A DNA stretch of 64,000 nucleotides from Thermoplasmata archaeon (GTDB lineage: Archaea > Thermoplasmatota > Thermoplasmata > Lutacidiplasmatales > UBA184), in NCBI GenBank assembly GCA_021790425.1, contig JAJYEA010000002.1, forward strand, positions 36,807-100,806, written 5' to 3'. The translations under genes were made by a program, and so were the position numbers. This document shows positions 37,223-46,723 of this stretch, piece after piece. Each line of letters opens with the position of its first letter. The stretch's first letter is position 1. The notes beneath the pieces were generated by a model. That model did not search any database. It saw only the letters and a list, made by a program, of their open reading frames with translations, and was not told the origin of the DNA.

Positions 37223-37666
37223 ATGGTCGACCGCGAGTCATTTCGCCAATTCGTGCGGCTGCTCTCCTCGATCGAGGACCGGGTCCGGGGAGGCCGGGTG
37301 CTCATCCTCGTCGAAGGGGAGCGGGACCGGACCTCCCTGCTCGCGTTGGGCCTGCCCCACCATGGGATCCGGGTCCTGAACCAGGGGGTGTCGCTGGCGT
37401 CGCTCGCGGAGTCGCTGTCCGAGGAGGGTAACGAGGTGATCGTGCTCACCGACTGGGACTTCACGGGAGGCCGCCTCGCACGCCGCCTCTCCGACGTCCT
37501 CCACGGGTGCGGGCTCAGGGTGGACACCGAGACCCGTCGACGGATCGCGCGGGCCACCTGGCGGGAGGTCCTCGAGGTCGAGAACCTCTCGGGATGGGCG
37601 GAGCGGGAGTCGGCTTCCCTGAAGGAGCCTCTCATCGCCGGCCCGCTCGATGCGGGCGGGCCCTGA
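37223..37666 (+). CDS. Small Toprim-domain protein (COG1658-like primase/RNase M5-like Toprim)
   Basis: VLILVEGERDRTSL...VIVLTDWDFTGGRLARRL (E...DxD Toprim signature). Confidence 0.6.
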   Translation: MVDRESFRQFVRLLSSIEDRVRGGRVLILVEGERDRTSLLALGLPHHGIRVLNQGVSLASLAESLSEEGNEVIVLTDWDFTGGRLARRLSDVLHGCGLRVDTETRRRIARATWREVLEVENLSGWAERESASLKEPLIAGPLDAGGP

Positions 37667-37687
37667 GCCGCCACCGGGACCCGTGGG

Positions 37688-38380
37688 TCAGCGACGCAGA
37701 ACCTCTTCCAGGAGCTCCGGGAAGGAGCGCACGATCGTACAGCCGCCACCGGCCGCGAACTCCCGCTCTCGTTCCGGGACGTTCTTCCCGGGCCAGACGA
37801 CCCCGACGAAATCCACGGAGGCGTCGCGCGCGCAGGTGAGGTCCAGGGCCCGGTCCCCGATGTAGGCCGCCCGGTGGCCCGGGACCCCCATCCGCTCGAG
37901 GACGTTCCAGAGGCTCCGGGGATCGGGCTTGCGGGGGCCCGGGGTGTTGCGGGTGCTGACCACCGGGAAGAAGCGTCGGAGCCCGGTCTGTTCGAGGGCC
38001 GCCGTCGCGAAGGGCTCACAGCTGCGGGTGAGCAGCCCGAGAGCCAGTCCGGCCCCTGCCATCTCGGCGAGCGTCTCTTCGGCGCCGGGGAGCACGTGCA
38101 CCCCCGATAGCGCTGCGAGCTCGATCCGGTCCAGCCGCTCCTCGAGCTCCTCCTCGTAGGTCCGGACCTTCTCTGGGGCCCGGGGGCCAAGCCACTCGTG
38201 GACGGCGGCCGACATCTGGTAGAGGAACCGCTTCCCCTCCAAGCTCTCCGTGGGAACTCCCAGCCCCGCGGCGATCTCCCGGGCGGCCTGATGCATCGCC
38301 GCGAAGTCCATCGGGGAGTCGATCAGCGTCCCGTCCATGTCGAAGACCAGCCCCGCGTAGCGCGCGCCGTTCCCGCCCAT
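37688..38380 (-). CDS. HAD-superfamily hydrolase (subfamily IA-like)
   Basis: LVFDMDGTLIDS (motif I) ...LLTRS... (motif II) ...K...GDRALD (motif III/IV). Start trimmed to ATG 38380. Confidence 0.7.
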   Translation of the reverse strand: MGGNGARYAGLVFDMDGTLIDSPMDFAAMHQAAREIAAGLGVPTESLEGKRFLYQMSAAVHEWLGPRAPEKVRTYEEELEERLDRIELAALSGVHVLPGAEETLAEMAGAGLALGLLTRSCEPFATAALEQTGLRRFFPVVSTRNTPGPRKPDPRSLWNVLERMGVPGHRAAYIGDRALDLTCARDASVDFVGVVWPGKNVPEREREFAAGGGCTIVRSFPELLEEVLRR

Positions 38381-38492
38381 GGCCGATACCCCCGGGTGCG
38401 TCAGCGGAGGCGAGCAGATGAGCCTTCCCGGAGGTCCGAGGAGAAGCCTCGGGCAGGCGAAGTGGCTTGCCCCCCTACGGGTAGAGCTTCCC

Positions 38493-39107
38493 CTACGGGA
38501 CGGCCTTGACGTGCACCCGCAGTCCGAGCTTGCGGTTCGCGCGGCGGGAGGGGCGCATCCGTTCGGCACCCTTACCCTTCCAGCGGAGCCCGCGTCCCTT
38601 GCGGCCGGCGCTGGTCAGGCCACGGTAGGCGCGCCCTCTCTGGGCCGGGTTCAGGATCCAGTTGATCCGGGGGTCGGCCTGGATCGAGGGGTTCGAGCGG
38701 TCCACGAGGATGACCTCGTAGAACCGGTCCTTGCCGTCCTCTCCAACCCAGTACGAGTTGAGAACTTCGAGGTTCGGGTAGTGCTTCTGGGCGCGTTCCT
38801 CGGCGATGCGCTGGATCGACTTCTGGAGCGTCATCCGGAGGATACCCTTGTGCTTGGGCCGCCGTCCGGCGATGATGTGCCGCTTGCGCTGGCCGCCACG
38901 GCGCACGCGCACCCGGCTCATGAGGTAGCCCGGCTTGGCCCTCCATCCGAGGGCGTGGGCTCGGTCCAGGCGGGTGGGGTGCTCGAGCCGGATGACGGCG
39001 GGGAGCTGGCGCCAGGTGAAGACGCGTTCCCGGCGGCGGGCCGCGGCCTCGTCGCCCAAGGTCTTCTGGAACGTCTCGGCGTACCGTTTGAACGTGGAGG
39101 TGCTCAT
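38493..39107 (-). CDS. rpl15e: Ribosomal protein L15e (eL15)
   Basis: ...HPTRLDRAHALGWRAKPGY...RVRVRRGG..., ...QRIAEERAQKHYPNLEVLNSYWVGEDG.... Confidence 0.9.
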   Translation of the reverse strand: MSTSTFKRYAETFQKTLGDEAAARRRERVFTWRQLPAVIRLEHPTRLDRAHALGWRAKPGYLMSRVRVRRGGQRKRHIIAGRRPKHKGILRMTLQKSIQRIAEERAQKHYPNLEVLNSYWVGEDGKDRFYEVILVDRSNPSIQADPRINWILNPAQRGRAYRGLTSAGRKGRGLRWKGKGAERMRPSRRANRKLGLRVHVKAVP

Positions 39108-39154
39108 GGAACTGATGCTGGAGCGGGGGGGCGAATCACGCTCGGGTTAAAACC

Positions 39155-39931
39155 TTACCTCTCCCCCCATCCGGGCGTTCCGGGGTGAAGCTCGGGCCGC
39201 CCCTCGGGCCCGAAGAGCGTGGGGGATGCGACCACCTTGGGCCGGGTCAGGCGGTCGATCGCCGACCGCAGGCTCTCGCCGGCGTCCTTCGTGATCGGCG
39301 CCCCGTGCCCGGGGAAGACCGCCTCCACCTTGAGACCGGTGAGCTTCCGGAGCGACCGCGCGGCCGCCTCCGGGTCGTAGCTCGTGGAGGGCTTGGAGAG
39401 GGCCAGTCGTCCGGACGGGCTCGTGACGAGGGCGTCGCCCGTGAAGAGCAGGCCCCGTGCCTTGTGGTAGAAGGCGACGCTTCCCGGGGTGTGGCCGGGC
39501 AGGTGGTACACGGTGAACGGGCCCACCGTGGTCCCATCCTCGAGCTTGGTGTTCACCTGGACCTTGTGCGGGTGGAAGAGGATGCGCACGAAGAGGGGCG
39601 CGACCGCGGGCGCGTGAGCCTCGATCGAGGGGGCGTCCATGCGGTGGGCGGCCACCGGCGCCTCGGAGAGCCAGCGGAGCTTCGCGGCCCCTCCGATGTG
39701 ATCGGGATGCTGGTGGGTGATCAGGATCCCCCGGATTCCCTGGGGCTTTACGCCGGCGCGCTCGAACGCCTGCAAGACGGGCCGGGCGTTGCCGGGGAAA
39801 CCGGTATCGATCAGATAGTGCCCCTCCGCTTCGTGAATGACGTAGGCGTTCGCCACGCTGTGGATCACTCCCACACTGTCCAGGACGGGGGATCCGACCA
39901 ACTTGGAGGGGGGCGAGGGGGTAGCCTGCAT
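39155..39931 (-). CDS. MBL-fold metallo-hydrolase
   Basis: ITHQHPDHIGG (HxHxDH), ...LPGHTPGS..., ...FTGD.... The start (39931 vs 39970) is uncertain. Confidence 0.7.
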   Translation of the reverse strand: MQATPSPPSKLVGSPVLDSVGVIHSVANAYVIHEAEGHYLIDTGFPGNARPVLQAFERAGVKPQGIRGILITHQHPDHIGGAAKLRWLSEAPVAAHRMDAPSIEAHAPAVAPLFVRILFHPHKVQVNTKLEDGTTVGPFTVYHLPGHTPGSVAFYHKARGLLFTGDALVTSPSGRLALSKPSTSYDPEAAARSLRKLTGLKVEAVFPGHGAPITKDAGESLRSAIDRLTRPKVVASPTLFGPEGRPELHPGTPGWGER

Positions 39932-40074
39932 CGGGACCTCTGTCGGGCCCGATGCAAGAGAGGTTTTCAACTTTCGGATGGACCGTCCGGGGGTGGGGGG
40001 GGCCGCCTTCCTTCGCGTCCCCGCCCAAAAACCGGAAGAGGGCGGATGTACTATCCCCGACCAGCAGGTCGGAG

Positions 40075-41043
40075 ATGGCTCCCATATCCCCCCGTAAGTT
40101 GGAGACCCGCAAGTTTGGGAAGACCGGACTCGAGATCACCCGCATCGGCCTGGGTACCTGGGCGATCGGGGGAGGTGGTTGGGCGTTCGGCTGGGGCCCC
40201 CAGGCGGACAAGCCCTCGGTGGAGGCGATCCACCGTTCCCTGGAGTCGGGGATCAACTGGATTGACACGGCCCCCGTCTACGGGACGGGCCACGCGGAGG
40301 AGGTCGTGGGGGGGGCCATCGCAGGGCGCTCCCCGGCCCCGTACGTGTTCACCAAGGTCTCGCTCCTGTGGGACTCCCGGCGGAGGGTCCGGTCCTCGTT
40401 GAAGGCGGAGTCAATCCGCCAAGAGGCCGATGCCAGTCGACGGCGCCTCGGTCTCGACGTGCTCGACCTCCTTCAGGTGCATTGGCCCAATCCCGAGGAG
40501 GACATCGAGGAGGGATGGCGCGCGCTCGCCGGGCTCAAGGACGAGGGCAAGGTGCGCCACATCGGCGTCTCGAACTTCTCCGTGGAGCAGATGGAACGGG
40601 CGGCGGCGATCGCCCCCGTGGAGACCCTCCAGCCTCCCTACTCCCTAGTCCACCCCGAGGTCCAGGACGAGATCCTCCCCTACGCGAAGCAGCACGGGAT
40701 CGGGGTGATCGTCTACTCCCCCATGGCATCGGGACTGCTCGGCGGCACGATGACGGCGGAGCGGGTCCAGGCCATGGCTCCCGACGACTGGCGGCGCAAG
40801 GACCCCGAGTTCAAGGGCGCCCGGCTCCAGCGCAACCTCGCCTTGGCGGCGTTGCTCGCGGAGATCGGAAAGGAGCACCACGCCTCCGCCGGAGAGGTGG
40901 CCATCGCCTGGACCCTCCGGAACCCGGCCGTGACGGCCGCCATCGTGGGCGCGCGGAGCGCGCCGCAGGTCGACGGCTTCCTCCACGCGAGCGAGGTCCG
41001 GTTGACCCAGACCGAGGTGGACCGGCTGGTCTCCTTTCCGTAG
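40075..41043 (+). CDS. Aldo/keto reductase family oxidoreductase
   Basis: ...LGTWAIGG..., ...IDTAPVYG..., ...IGVSNFS...; (alpha/beta)8 AKR motifs. Start trimmed to MAPISPRK. Confidence 0.8.
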   Translation: MAPISPRKLETRKFGKTGLEITRIGLGTWAIGGGGWAFGWGPQADKPSVEAIHRSLESGINWIDTAPVYGTGHAEEVVGGAIAGRSPAPYVFTKVSLLWDSRRRVRSSLKAESIRQEADASRRRLGLDVLDLLQVHWPNPEEDIEEGWRALAGLKDEGKVRHIGVSNFSVEQMERAAAIAPVETLQPPYSLVHPEVQDEILPYAKQHGIGVIVYSPMASGLLGGTMTAERVQAMAPDDWRRKDPEFKGARLQRNLALAALLAEIGKEHHASAGEVAIAWTLRNPAVTAAIVGARSAPQVDGFLHASEVRLTQTEVDRLVSFP

Positions 41044-41120
41044 CGACCTCGGTCGCACCTGGCGGCCCACCCCCGAAAAGGACAATAAGCGGGCTCCCTA
41101 GAGGGGACCCGGTATCTCCG

Positions 41121-43019
41121 GTGAAGCTCCTCTTCGTCCACGCAGACCACCTGGCCTTCGAAGCGCGAAAGCCCGCCATCAAGTCCCCCCCTCCGCTCAC
41201 GCCCGAGACCGCCCGGGGCGAGGCCAAGGAGGCCCTGGTGGTCTTCTTCTCGGTCGAGGAGCAGGACGCCACGGGAGGGGATGAGCTCGCCCGGAAGGCC
41301 ATCGCCGAGGTGGCGGACGTCCTCTCGCAGGTCAAGGCGGAGCGGGTCGTCCTCTATCCCTACGCCCACCTCTCGAACCGTCTCGCGAAACCCCCGGTGG
41401 CGCAGGACATGGGCGAACGCCTCCGGAACGCGGCCTCCAGCCTCGGGGTGCCGGTGTCCTCGGCCCCCTTCGGGTACTACAAGGCCTTCACGCTCCAGGC
41501 GAAGGGGCACCCGCTCTCCGAACTCTCGCGAACGGTCTCCCTGGACTCCCCGGCAGCTCCCGCCCCCCCGGCCGGGGCTCCCAAGTCGGTCCAGAAGGAG
41601 AGCGAGGCGCTCACCCAGGAGAAGAAGCTGGTGAGCTCCTGGCACATCCTCACCCCGGATGGTACGCTCCACAAGGCCTCCGAGTTCGACACGTCCCAGG
41701 ACCCCGGGTTCCGTGCCTTCTTCGCCTACGAGACCGAAGGGAAGCGGGCGGTGGGGGAGGAGCCTCCCCACGTGCGGTTGATGCGGTCGATGGAGCTCGT
41801 CGACTACGAGCCCGGCTCGGATGCGGGCAACTTCCGGTGGTACCCGAAGGGCCAGCTGGTCAAGCGGCTCCTCGAGGAGAAGGTGTCGAGCGTCGTCAGC
41901 CAGCTCGGCGGGATGCGGGTCGAGACCCCCATCATGTACGACTACGAGCACCCGGCGCTGAAGAAGTATCTCAACCGGTTCCCCGCGCGGCAGTACGTCC
42001 TGCAGTCGGACGACAAGGACTTCTTCCTCCGCTTCGCCGCCTGCTTCGGACAGTACCTCATCTTCCACGACATGGTGATCGGCGAGCGCGATCTCCCCGC
42101 CCGCCTCTACGAGCTGACGCACTACTCCTTCCGCCGGGAGCAGTCGGGTGAGCTCTCCGGGCTCCGGCGTCTCCGGACGTTCACCATGCCGGACATGCAC
42201 ACCCTCGTCTCGGACGTGGAGGGGGCGAAGGCCGAGTACCTTCGCCAGTTCGAGGCATGCAAGCAATGGGTGGACGACCTCGGGATGCAGTTCCACGTGG
42301 CCATCCGGTTCGTGCGTTCCTTCTTCGACGAGAACCGGGAGTTCGCCACCTCGCTCGCGCGCATCATCGGGCGACCCATCCTGCTCGAGCTGTGGGAGGA
42401 CCGTTTCTTCTACTTCGTCATGAAGGCCGAGTTCCATCCCCTCGACACCCAGGGACGGGCCGCGGCGCTCGGCACGGTCCAGATCGACGTGGAGAACGCG
42501 GAGCGCTTCGAGATCCACTACTCGGCGAGCGACGGGACGCGGAAGACCCCGATGCTCCTCCATGCCAGCATCTCGGGGGCGATCGAACGCAACGTCTACG
42601 CCCTGCTCGAGGACCAGGCGGGGAGGATGGCGAAGGGCGCGAAGGCGCAGTGGCCCTTCTGGCTGGCTCCCACCCAGGTCCGTTTCCTTCCGGTGAGCGA
42701 CCCGCACAACGCCGGGGCGGAGAAGCTGATGAACGAGCTGGTCGCCCGCACCGGCGTCCGGGTGGACCTCGACGACCGCGTCGAGGGGATCGGGCGCAAG
42801 ATCCGCGACGCGGAGCGGGAGTGGGTCCCGCTGGTCTGCGTCTTCGGGGAGAAGGAGGAGGCGAGCGGCAAGCTCGCCGTCCGGTCGCGGGATGGGCCCC
42901 AGGTGGAGATGTCCCTCGACGAGCTCTGCGCGGCCGTCACCCAGCGGCAGGGACACAACCCGATGTTGCCGCTGGCCCTCTCCGCTCGCCTCTCGCAGCG
43001 CCCCATCTTTCGCGGGTGA
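41121..43019 (+). CDS. thrS: Threonyl-tRNA synthetase, archaeal type, with an N-terminal D-aminoacyl-tRNA-deacylase-like editing domain (GTG start)
   Basis: (M)KLLFVHADHLAFEARK editing-domain N-terminus, class II core motifs (...FRREQSGELSGLRRLRTFTMPDMH...), and an anticodon-binding C-terminus. There is no in-frame ATG between the upstream gene and this GTG. Confidence 0.8.
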   Translation: MKLLFVHADHLAFEARKPAIKSPPPLTPETARGEAKEALVVFFSVEEQDATGGDELARKAIAEVADVLSQVKAERVVLYPYAHLSNRLAKPPVAQDMGERLRNAASSLGVPVSSAPFGYYKAFTLQAKGHPLSELSRTVSLDSPAAPAPPAGAPKSVQKESEALTQEKKLVSSWHILTPDGTLHKASEFDTSQDPGFRAFFAYETEGKRAVGEEPPHVRLMRSMELVDYEPGSDAGNFRWYPKGQLVKRLLEEKVSSVVSQLGGMRVETPIMYDYEHPALKKYLNRFPARQYVLQSDDKDFFLRFAACFGQYLIFHDMVIGERDLPARLYELTHYSFRREQSGELSGLRRLRTFTMPDMHTLVSDVEGAKAEYLRQFEACKQWVDDLGMQFHVAIRFVRSFFDENREFATSLARIIGRPILLELWEDRFFYFVMKAEFHPLDTQGRAAALGTVQIDVENAERFEIHYSASDGTRKTPMLLHASISGAIERNVYALLEDQAGRMAKGAKAQWPFWLAPTQVRFLPVSDPHNAGAEKLMNELVARTGVRVDLDDRVEGIGRKIRDAEREWVPLVCVFGEKEEASGKLAVRSRDGPQVEMSLDELCAAVTQRQGHNPMLPLALSARLSQRPIFRG

Positions 43020-43023
43020 CGCC

Positions 43024-43815
43024 GTGCCGGAAGACCCCCCCCCGCCGGAGGCTTTCTTCGGAAAGCACGCCGCGGACTACCGGGTCAACCCGAGCCACGC
43101 CCACGGGTCGGACCTCGCGATCCTCCTCGAGCGGCTGAAGCCGTCACGCCACGAGCGCCTCTTGGACGTCGGTACGGGGACCGGGCACACGGCGCTGGCC
43201 CTCGCACCCCTGGTGAAGGAGGTGGTGGGGGTCGACGTCACGGAGGAGATGTTGCAGGAGGCGCGGGGACTGGCCCGGGAGCGCGGGATCACCAACGTGG
43301 TCTTCGAATCCGGGAATGCGGAAGAGCTCCGCTACGGCCCGGACACCTTCGATCTCGTGACGACCCGCCGGGCCGCTCACCACTTCTCCTTCCCCGAGCT
43401 CTTCGCGCGGGAGGCCCGCCGGGTCCTGAGGCCCGGGGGGCGTCTCGGCGTGGTGGACATGTGCCCGCCGCCGGGCGGGGAGGATCTCCTCAACCGGCTC
43501 GAACGGTTGCGCGACCCGACCCATCGCCGCGCATTGACCGACGGGGAGTGGCGTGACGTCCTCACCCGGAACGGCTTCGAGGTGGCGAGCCTCGACATCC
43601 AGCAGGAGCACCTTCCCCTCGAGGCCTGGCTCCGCCCCGTGGCCCTGGGAGGGGTGGAGGAGCAGGCGGTGCGGCAGGCGCTGGCGGGTGCCACGGCGGC
43701 CGAGCGGGCCGCGCTCGAGGTTCGCGAGGTGGCCGGGAAGGTGGAGGGATTCGTCAAGCGGCGCGTCATCCTGATCGCCCATCCTTCCGGGCTCCGCGCC
43801 CAACCTGCCGGGTGA
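43024..43815 (+). CDS. Class I SAM-dependent methyltransferase (UbiE/Methyltransf_11-like). Probable GTG start 5 nt after the thrS stop.
   Basis: LLDVGTGTGHTALAL (motif I), ...LRPGGRLGVVDM.... Confidence 0.6.
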   Translation: MPEDPPPPEAFFGKHAADYRVNPSHAHGSDLAILLERLKPSRHERLLDVGTGTGHTALALAPLVKEVVGVDVTEEMLQEARGLARERGITNVVFESGNAEELRYGPDTFDLVTTRRAAHHFSFPELFAREARRVLRPGGRLGVVDMCPPPGGEDLLNRLERLRDPTHRRALTDGEWRDVLTRNGFEVASLDIQQEHLPLEAWLRPVALGGVEEQAVRQALAGATAAERAALEVREVAGKVEGFVKRRVILIAHPSGLRAQPAG

Positions 43816-43825
43816 GTCCGCGCTC

Positions 43826-44590
43826 CTAATCCTCCCGCGGTCCGTCCTTGAGGTGCAACCGCCCCAGGTCCGTGCCGTCGAGAAGGTAGGCCCTCGCTTC
43901 GCCGGTGGAAAGGAACCGGTGCACGAGGAACGTCCGGCTCCGCCGCGGGCGCTCCTGGTTCAGCGCCTCGCTGGAGCAGAGCGGGTTGAAGGCGGGAAGG
44001 ATGATGACCTCGGTGGCCCGGAAGGGCCGCGGGCCGCCCGGCTTGACCCGGACCCAGCAGGGCACCTTGCCCGGGGCCAGTCGGTATCCCGGATGGAGAT
44101 GGCCGGCCACCAGGGTGGCGGCCCCCTCGAGGATCTCCGGGGACGGCCAGGCGTGTCCGTGGAAGTAGCCCACCCCGTCGCGCAGGAGTCCCCGGCTCAG
44201 GGTCAGGCCGACCGAGGAAGGGAGCCATCGCGAGAGACCGATGTCATGGTTGCCGGGACAGACCTCGACCCGCAGCCCGGCCCCGAGCAGGGTATCGAAG
44301 AAGAGGCGGAGCTCCCGTCGCGTCTGCGGCGGTGCGCCGAGGATGGGTTCCTTGAGGTCGCCCAGGAGTAGCACCCGGCCGGACCGCGTCTGGCGCGCCG
44401 CCCCGATCAAGCGCTCCGCGAGGAAGGTGGGGCCCCCCACCATCTCGACCCCGGTCTGGCCCTCCGCCCGGGACAGGCCCACGTGCACGTCCGAGGCCAC
44501 GAGGGTCCTCGGCTTCCCCTCGACCACCAGGACCGGCATCCCCGGCAGGGGTCGGACCCGAGGTGCCTTTCCCGAGATCTTCTGAGCGCT
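43826..44590 (-). CDS. Calcineurin-like metallophosphoesterase (MJ0037/TIGR00024-like)
   Basis: SDVHVGL...LLLGDLKE...PGNHD...GHLHPG; start ambiguous (44539/44590/44620). Confidence 0.6.
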   Translation of the reverse strand, partial: SAQKISGKAPRVRPLPGMPVLVVEGKPRTLVASDVHVGLSRAEGQTGVEMVGGPTFLAERLIGAARQTRSGRVLLLGDLKEPILGAPPQTRRELRLFFDTLLGAGLRVEVCPGNHDIGLSRWLPSSVGLTLSRGLLRDGVGYFHGHAWPSPEILEGAATLVAGHLHPGYRLAPGKVPCWVRVKPGGPRPFRATEVIILPAFNPLCSSEALNQERPRRSRTFLVHRFLSTGEARAYLLDGTDLGRLHLKDGPRED

Positions 44591-44755
44591 CATCTCCTGT
44601 GCTCGGACAGAGGGGACCATGGTCCGCCCGTCGCTGTCCCCACCGAGACCCTGGCCCCTATTCATCGTGAACGGCCCACCTCGGAGGCTCCCATGCCGGG
44701 AACCGTCGCACGGTTCTCGGAGACAGGGGAGCCCGTTCGCATCCCTCGCGCGAAC

Positions 44756-45679
44756 TCACGGACCATCGGGGGGGCGATACGCCAGCGTAAGGAGGTGTCC
44801 CCCCTCGCGAATGACCCGGGCATCGCTCCCGAGCCGCTCCTCCCAGAGCAGCAGGGGCTCTATGCCGACCTTGCTGCGCGACGACAATTCCGCGATGCGT
44901 TCGGGATCCCCTCCCAGGAGGGGTGCCACCACCTCTTCCTCCATGATGTGGAGGCCGGTGTTCTCGAGGCTCGATCGAACGACACCGATGTCCAGGAGCC
45001 GGAAGTGTGAGGCCTTCGCGCGGGCTGGGGGAGGGGGCGCGAAACCTGCGGCGAGGACTTCCTCGACACGCTGCGGGGTGGGTGGCTGGAGGAGCCATCT
45101 CTCGAGCTCGTGGGAGTCCCGCGAGGACGCGACGAGGGTCCGGAGCACCGGTGAAGTGGTCTCGAGCACGAGGTATCCTCCCTTTCCGACCGCATCGCCC
45201 AGGTTGGACAGGATCCGTCCCGCTCCCTCCTCCCCGAATCCCAGGACGTTCCCCAGAGCAACGACCGTCGCGAAGGCGCCGCTCTGCAAGGGGAGCCAAC
45301 GGGCGTCCCCTACGACATAATGGATGCTCCGCCGGGAGTCGCGCCCGAGTCCGCGGTCGCGCGCGGAATCCAGCATCCCCCGGGACGCATCGAGCAGCAC
45401 GAGCGGGTCGGCGCGGGGAACGAGCAGCGGGGTGAAACGCCCGGGCCCGGGGCCGACCTCGAGCGTGGCGCCTCCCGGTCCTGCTTGCCGCTGGAGGGCC
45501 CGCTGGAGGAAGCGCTCCCGTAGCCGGCGCAGGAGGTCTCGGTGAGGGGTCCCCTCGTACCGGTCCCACTCCCGACGCACCTCGAAGTCTCCGAAGGAGC
45601 GAAAGCGGGAAGGTCCCTGGGCGGGTCCCGGAGCGCTTCGTTCGACCCTCCGGACCGGCGGCCTTCCTCCCCTCGACAT
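44756..45679 (-). CDS. SAM-dependent methyltransferase
   Basis: ...ATLEVGPGPGRFT... (motif I), ...LVLLDAS... (acidic loop). Rossmann-fold MTase core; substrate unknown. Confidence 0.55.
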   Translation of the reverse strand: MSRGGRPPVRRVERSAPGPAQGPSRFRSFGDFEVRREWDRYEGTPHRDLLRRLRERFLQRALQRQAGPGGATLEVGPGPGRFTPLLVPRADPLVLLDASRGMLDSARDRGLGRDSRRSIHYVVGDARWLPLQSGAFATVVALGNVLGFGEEGAGRILSNLGDAVGKGGYLVLETTSPVLRTLVASSRDSHELERWLLQPPTPQRVEEVLAAGFAPPPPARAKASHFRLLDIGVVRSSLENTGLHIMEEEVVAPLLGGDPERIAELSSRSKVGIEPLLLWEERLGSDARVIREGGHLLTLAYRPPDGP

Positions 45680-45732
45680 TCGCCGAAGCTAGCCAACAAC
45701 TCCAAATAGCCATCGGTACCTCACTTAAGACG

Positions 45733-46716
45733 ATGCGCTCCCACGCGAACCCCCGCCAGGAAACGCTCGAGCGGACAGCAGACCTGCTGCGGAAGTCCGG
45801 GTTCTACCTCCTCGACCTGCAGACGTTCCGCCCGCGTTCCTTCGATCTCCTCGGACGTAGGGACTCCCTCCTGCTCCTCATCAAGGTCCTGAAGAACGTC
45901 GACGCCCTCGGAGAGGAGGGCGCGGCCTCCCTGCAGAACATCGCCTGGATGATGCGCGGTTTCCCGCTGCTGGTCGGCACCACGTCGGGGAGCCAGCCAC
46001 TCGAGAACGGGGTCGTCTACAACCGCTACGGGCTGTGCATCATGACCTTCGAGACGATGGAGGACTACCTCATTAACGGGGTCCCCCCGTTCCTCTTCTC
46101 CAGCCCGGGCGGCATCTTCGCGCGGATCGACGGGCGCCGGCTGAAGGCCCTGCGGGAGGAGCACCTCGTCTCGCTCGGGGCGGTCGCGGACGCCGTGGGC
46201 GTCTCCCGCCGCACGATCCAGCTCTACGAGGAGGGTGCGGGCGCCGAGGTCGAGGTCGTCGAGCGCCTGGAGCGCTTCTTCGGAGCACCCCTGGCCACTC
46301 CCATCAACCCCTTCGGCGATCGCGGCTCCGGTCGGGCACGGGAAACGTCCGAATCCGAACCCGGACAGGAGGAGACGACGGACCGCATGACGGAGTCTGT
46401 GGTGGCCGAGCTGGGAGGACAGGGGTGGAGGGTCCGCCTCGTCTCCCGCGGTCCCTTCGACGCGCTCGCGCGGCCGGAGCATCATGCGGCCGAGCTGCTC
46501 GTCATGGGGGTGGGCGACCTCGAGAATGCGGCCCGGCGTGCCCGGTGGCTCCACGACATCGCCCGGGTCGCCGAGGGCTGGTCCCTCTTCGTGGTCCCCG
46601 AGCTCCGATCCCATGAGAGCATCGAGGGAACGCCCCTGGTCGCGGTCAACGAGCTCAAGCGCCGGCGCGATCCGGAGAGCCTCTTCGAGCTGATCGAGGA
46701 GCGCTCGGACTGGTAG
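45733..46716 (+). CDS. Archaeal COG1395-type transcriptional regulator with XRE-like HTH
   Basis: ...LVSLGAVADAVGVSRRTIQLYEEG... is an HTH_XRE. The N- and C-terminal domains are typical of this conserved archaeal family. Confidence 0.55.
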   Translation: MRSHANPRQETLERTADLLRKSGFYLLDLQTFRPRSFDLLGRRDSLLLLIKVLKNVDALGEEGAASLQNIAWMMRGFPLLVGTTSGSQPLENGVVYNRYGLCIMTFETMEDYLINGVPPFLFSSPGGIFARIDGRRLKALREEHLVSLGAVADAVGVSRRTIQLYEEGAGAEVEVVERLERFFGAPLATPINPFGDRGSGRARETSESEPGQEETTDRMTESVVAELGGQGWRVRLVSRGPFDALARPEHHAAELLVMGVGDLENAARRARWLHDIARVAEGWSLFVVPELRSHESIEGTPLVAVNELKRRRDPESLFELIEERSDW

Positions 46717-46723
46717 GGGCGCC

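Noticed and set aside
43261-43330. tRNA-like T-arm string (ggtcttcgaatccgggaatgcgg), plus a search for GTTCGAATC / GTTCAAATC-type T-loops across the window
   Set aside because: The only hit lies inside a methyltransferase CDS. It lacks a flanking complementary T-stem and any upstream D-arm or anticodon arm. No tRNA, rRNA or CRISPR repeat structure was found.
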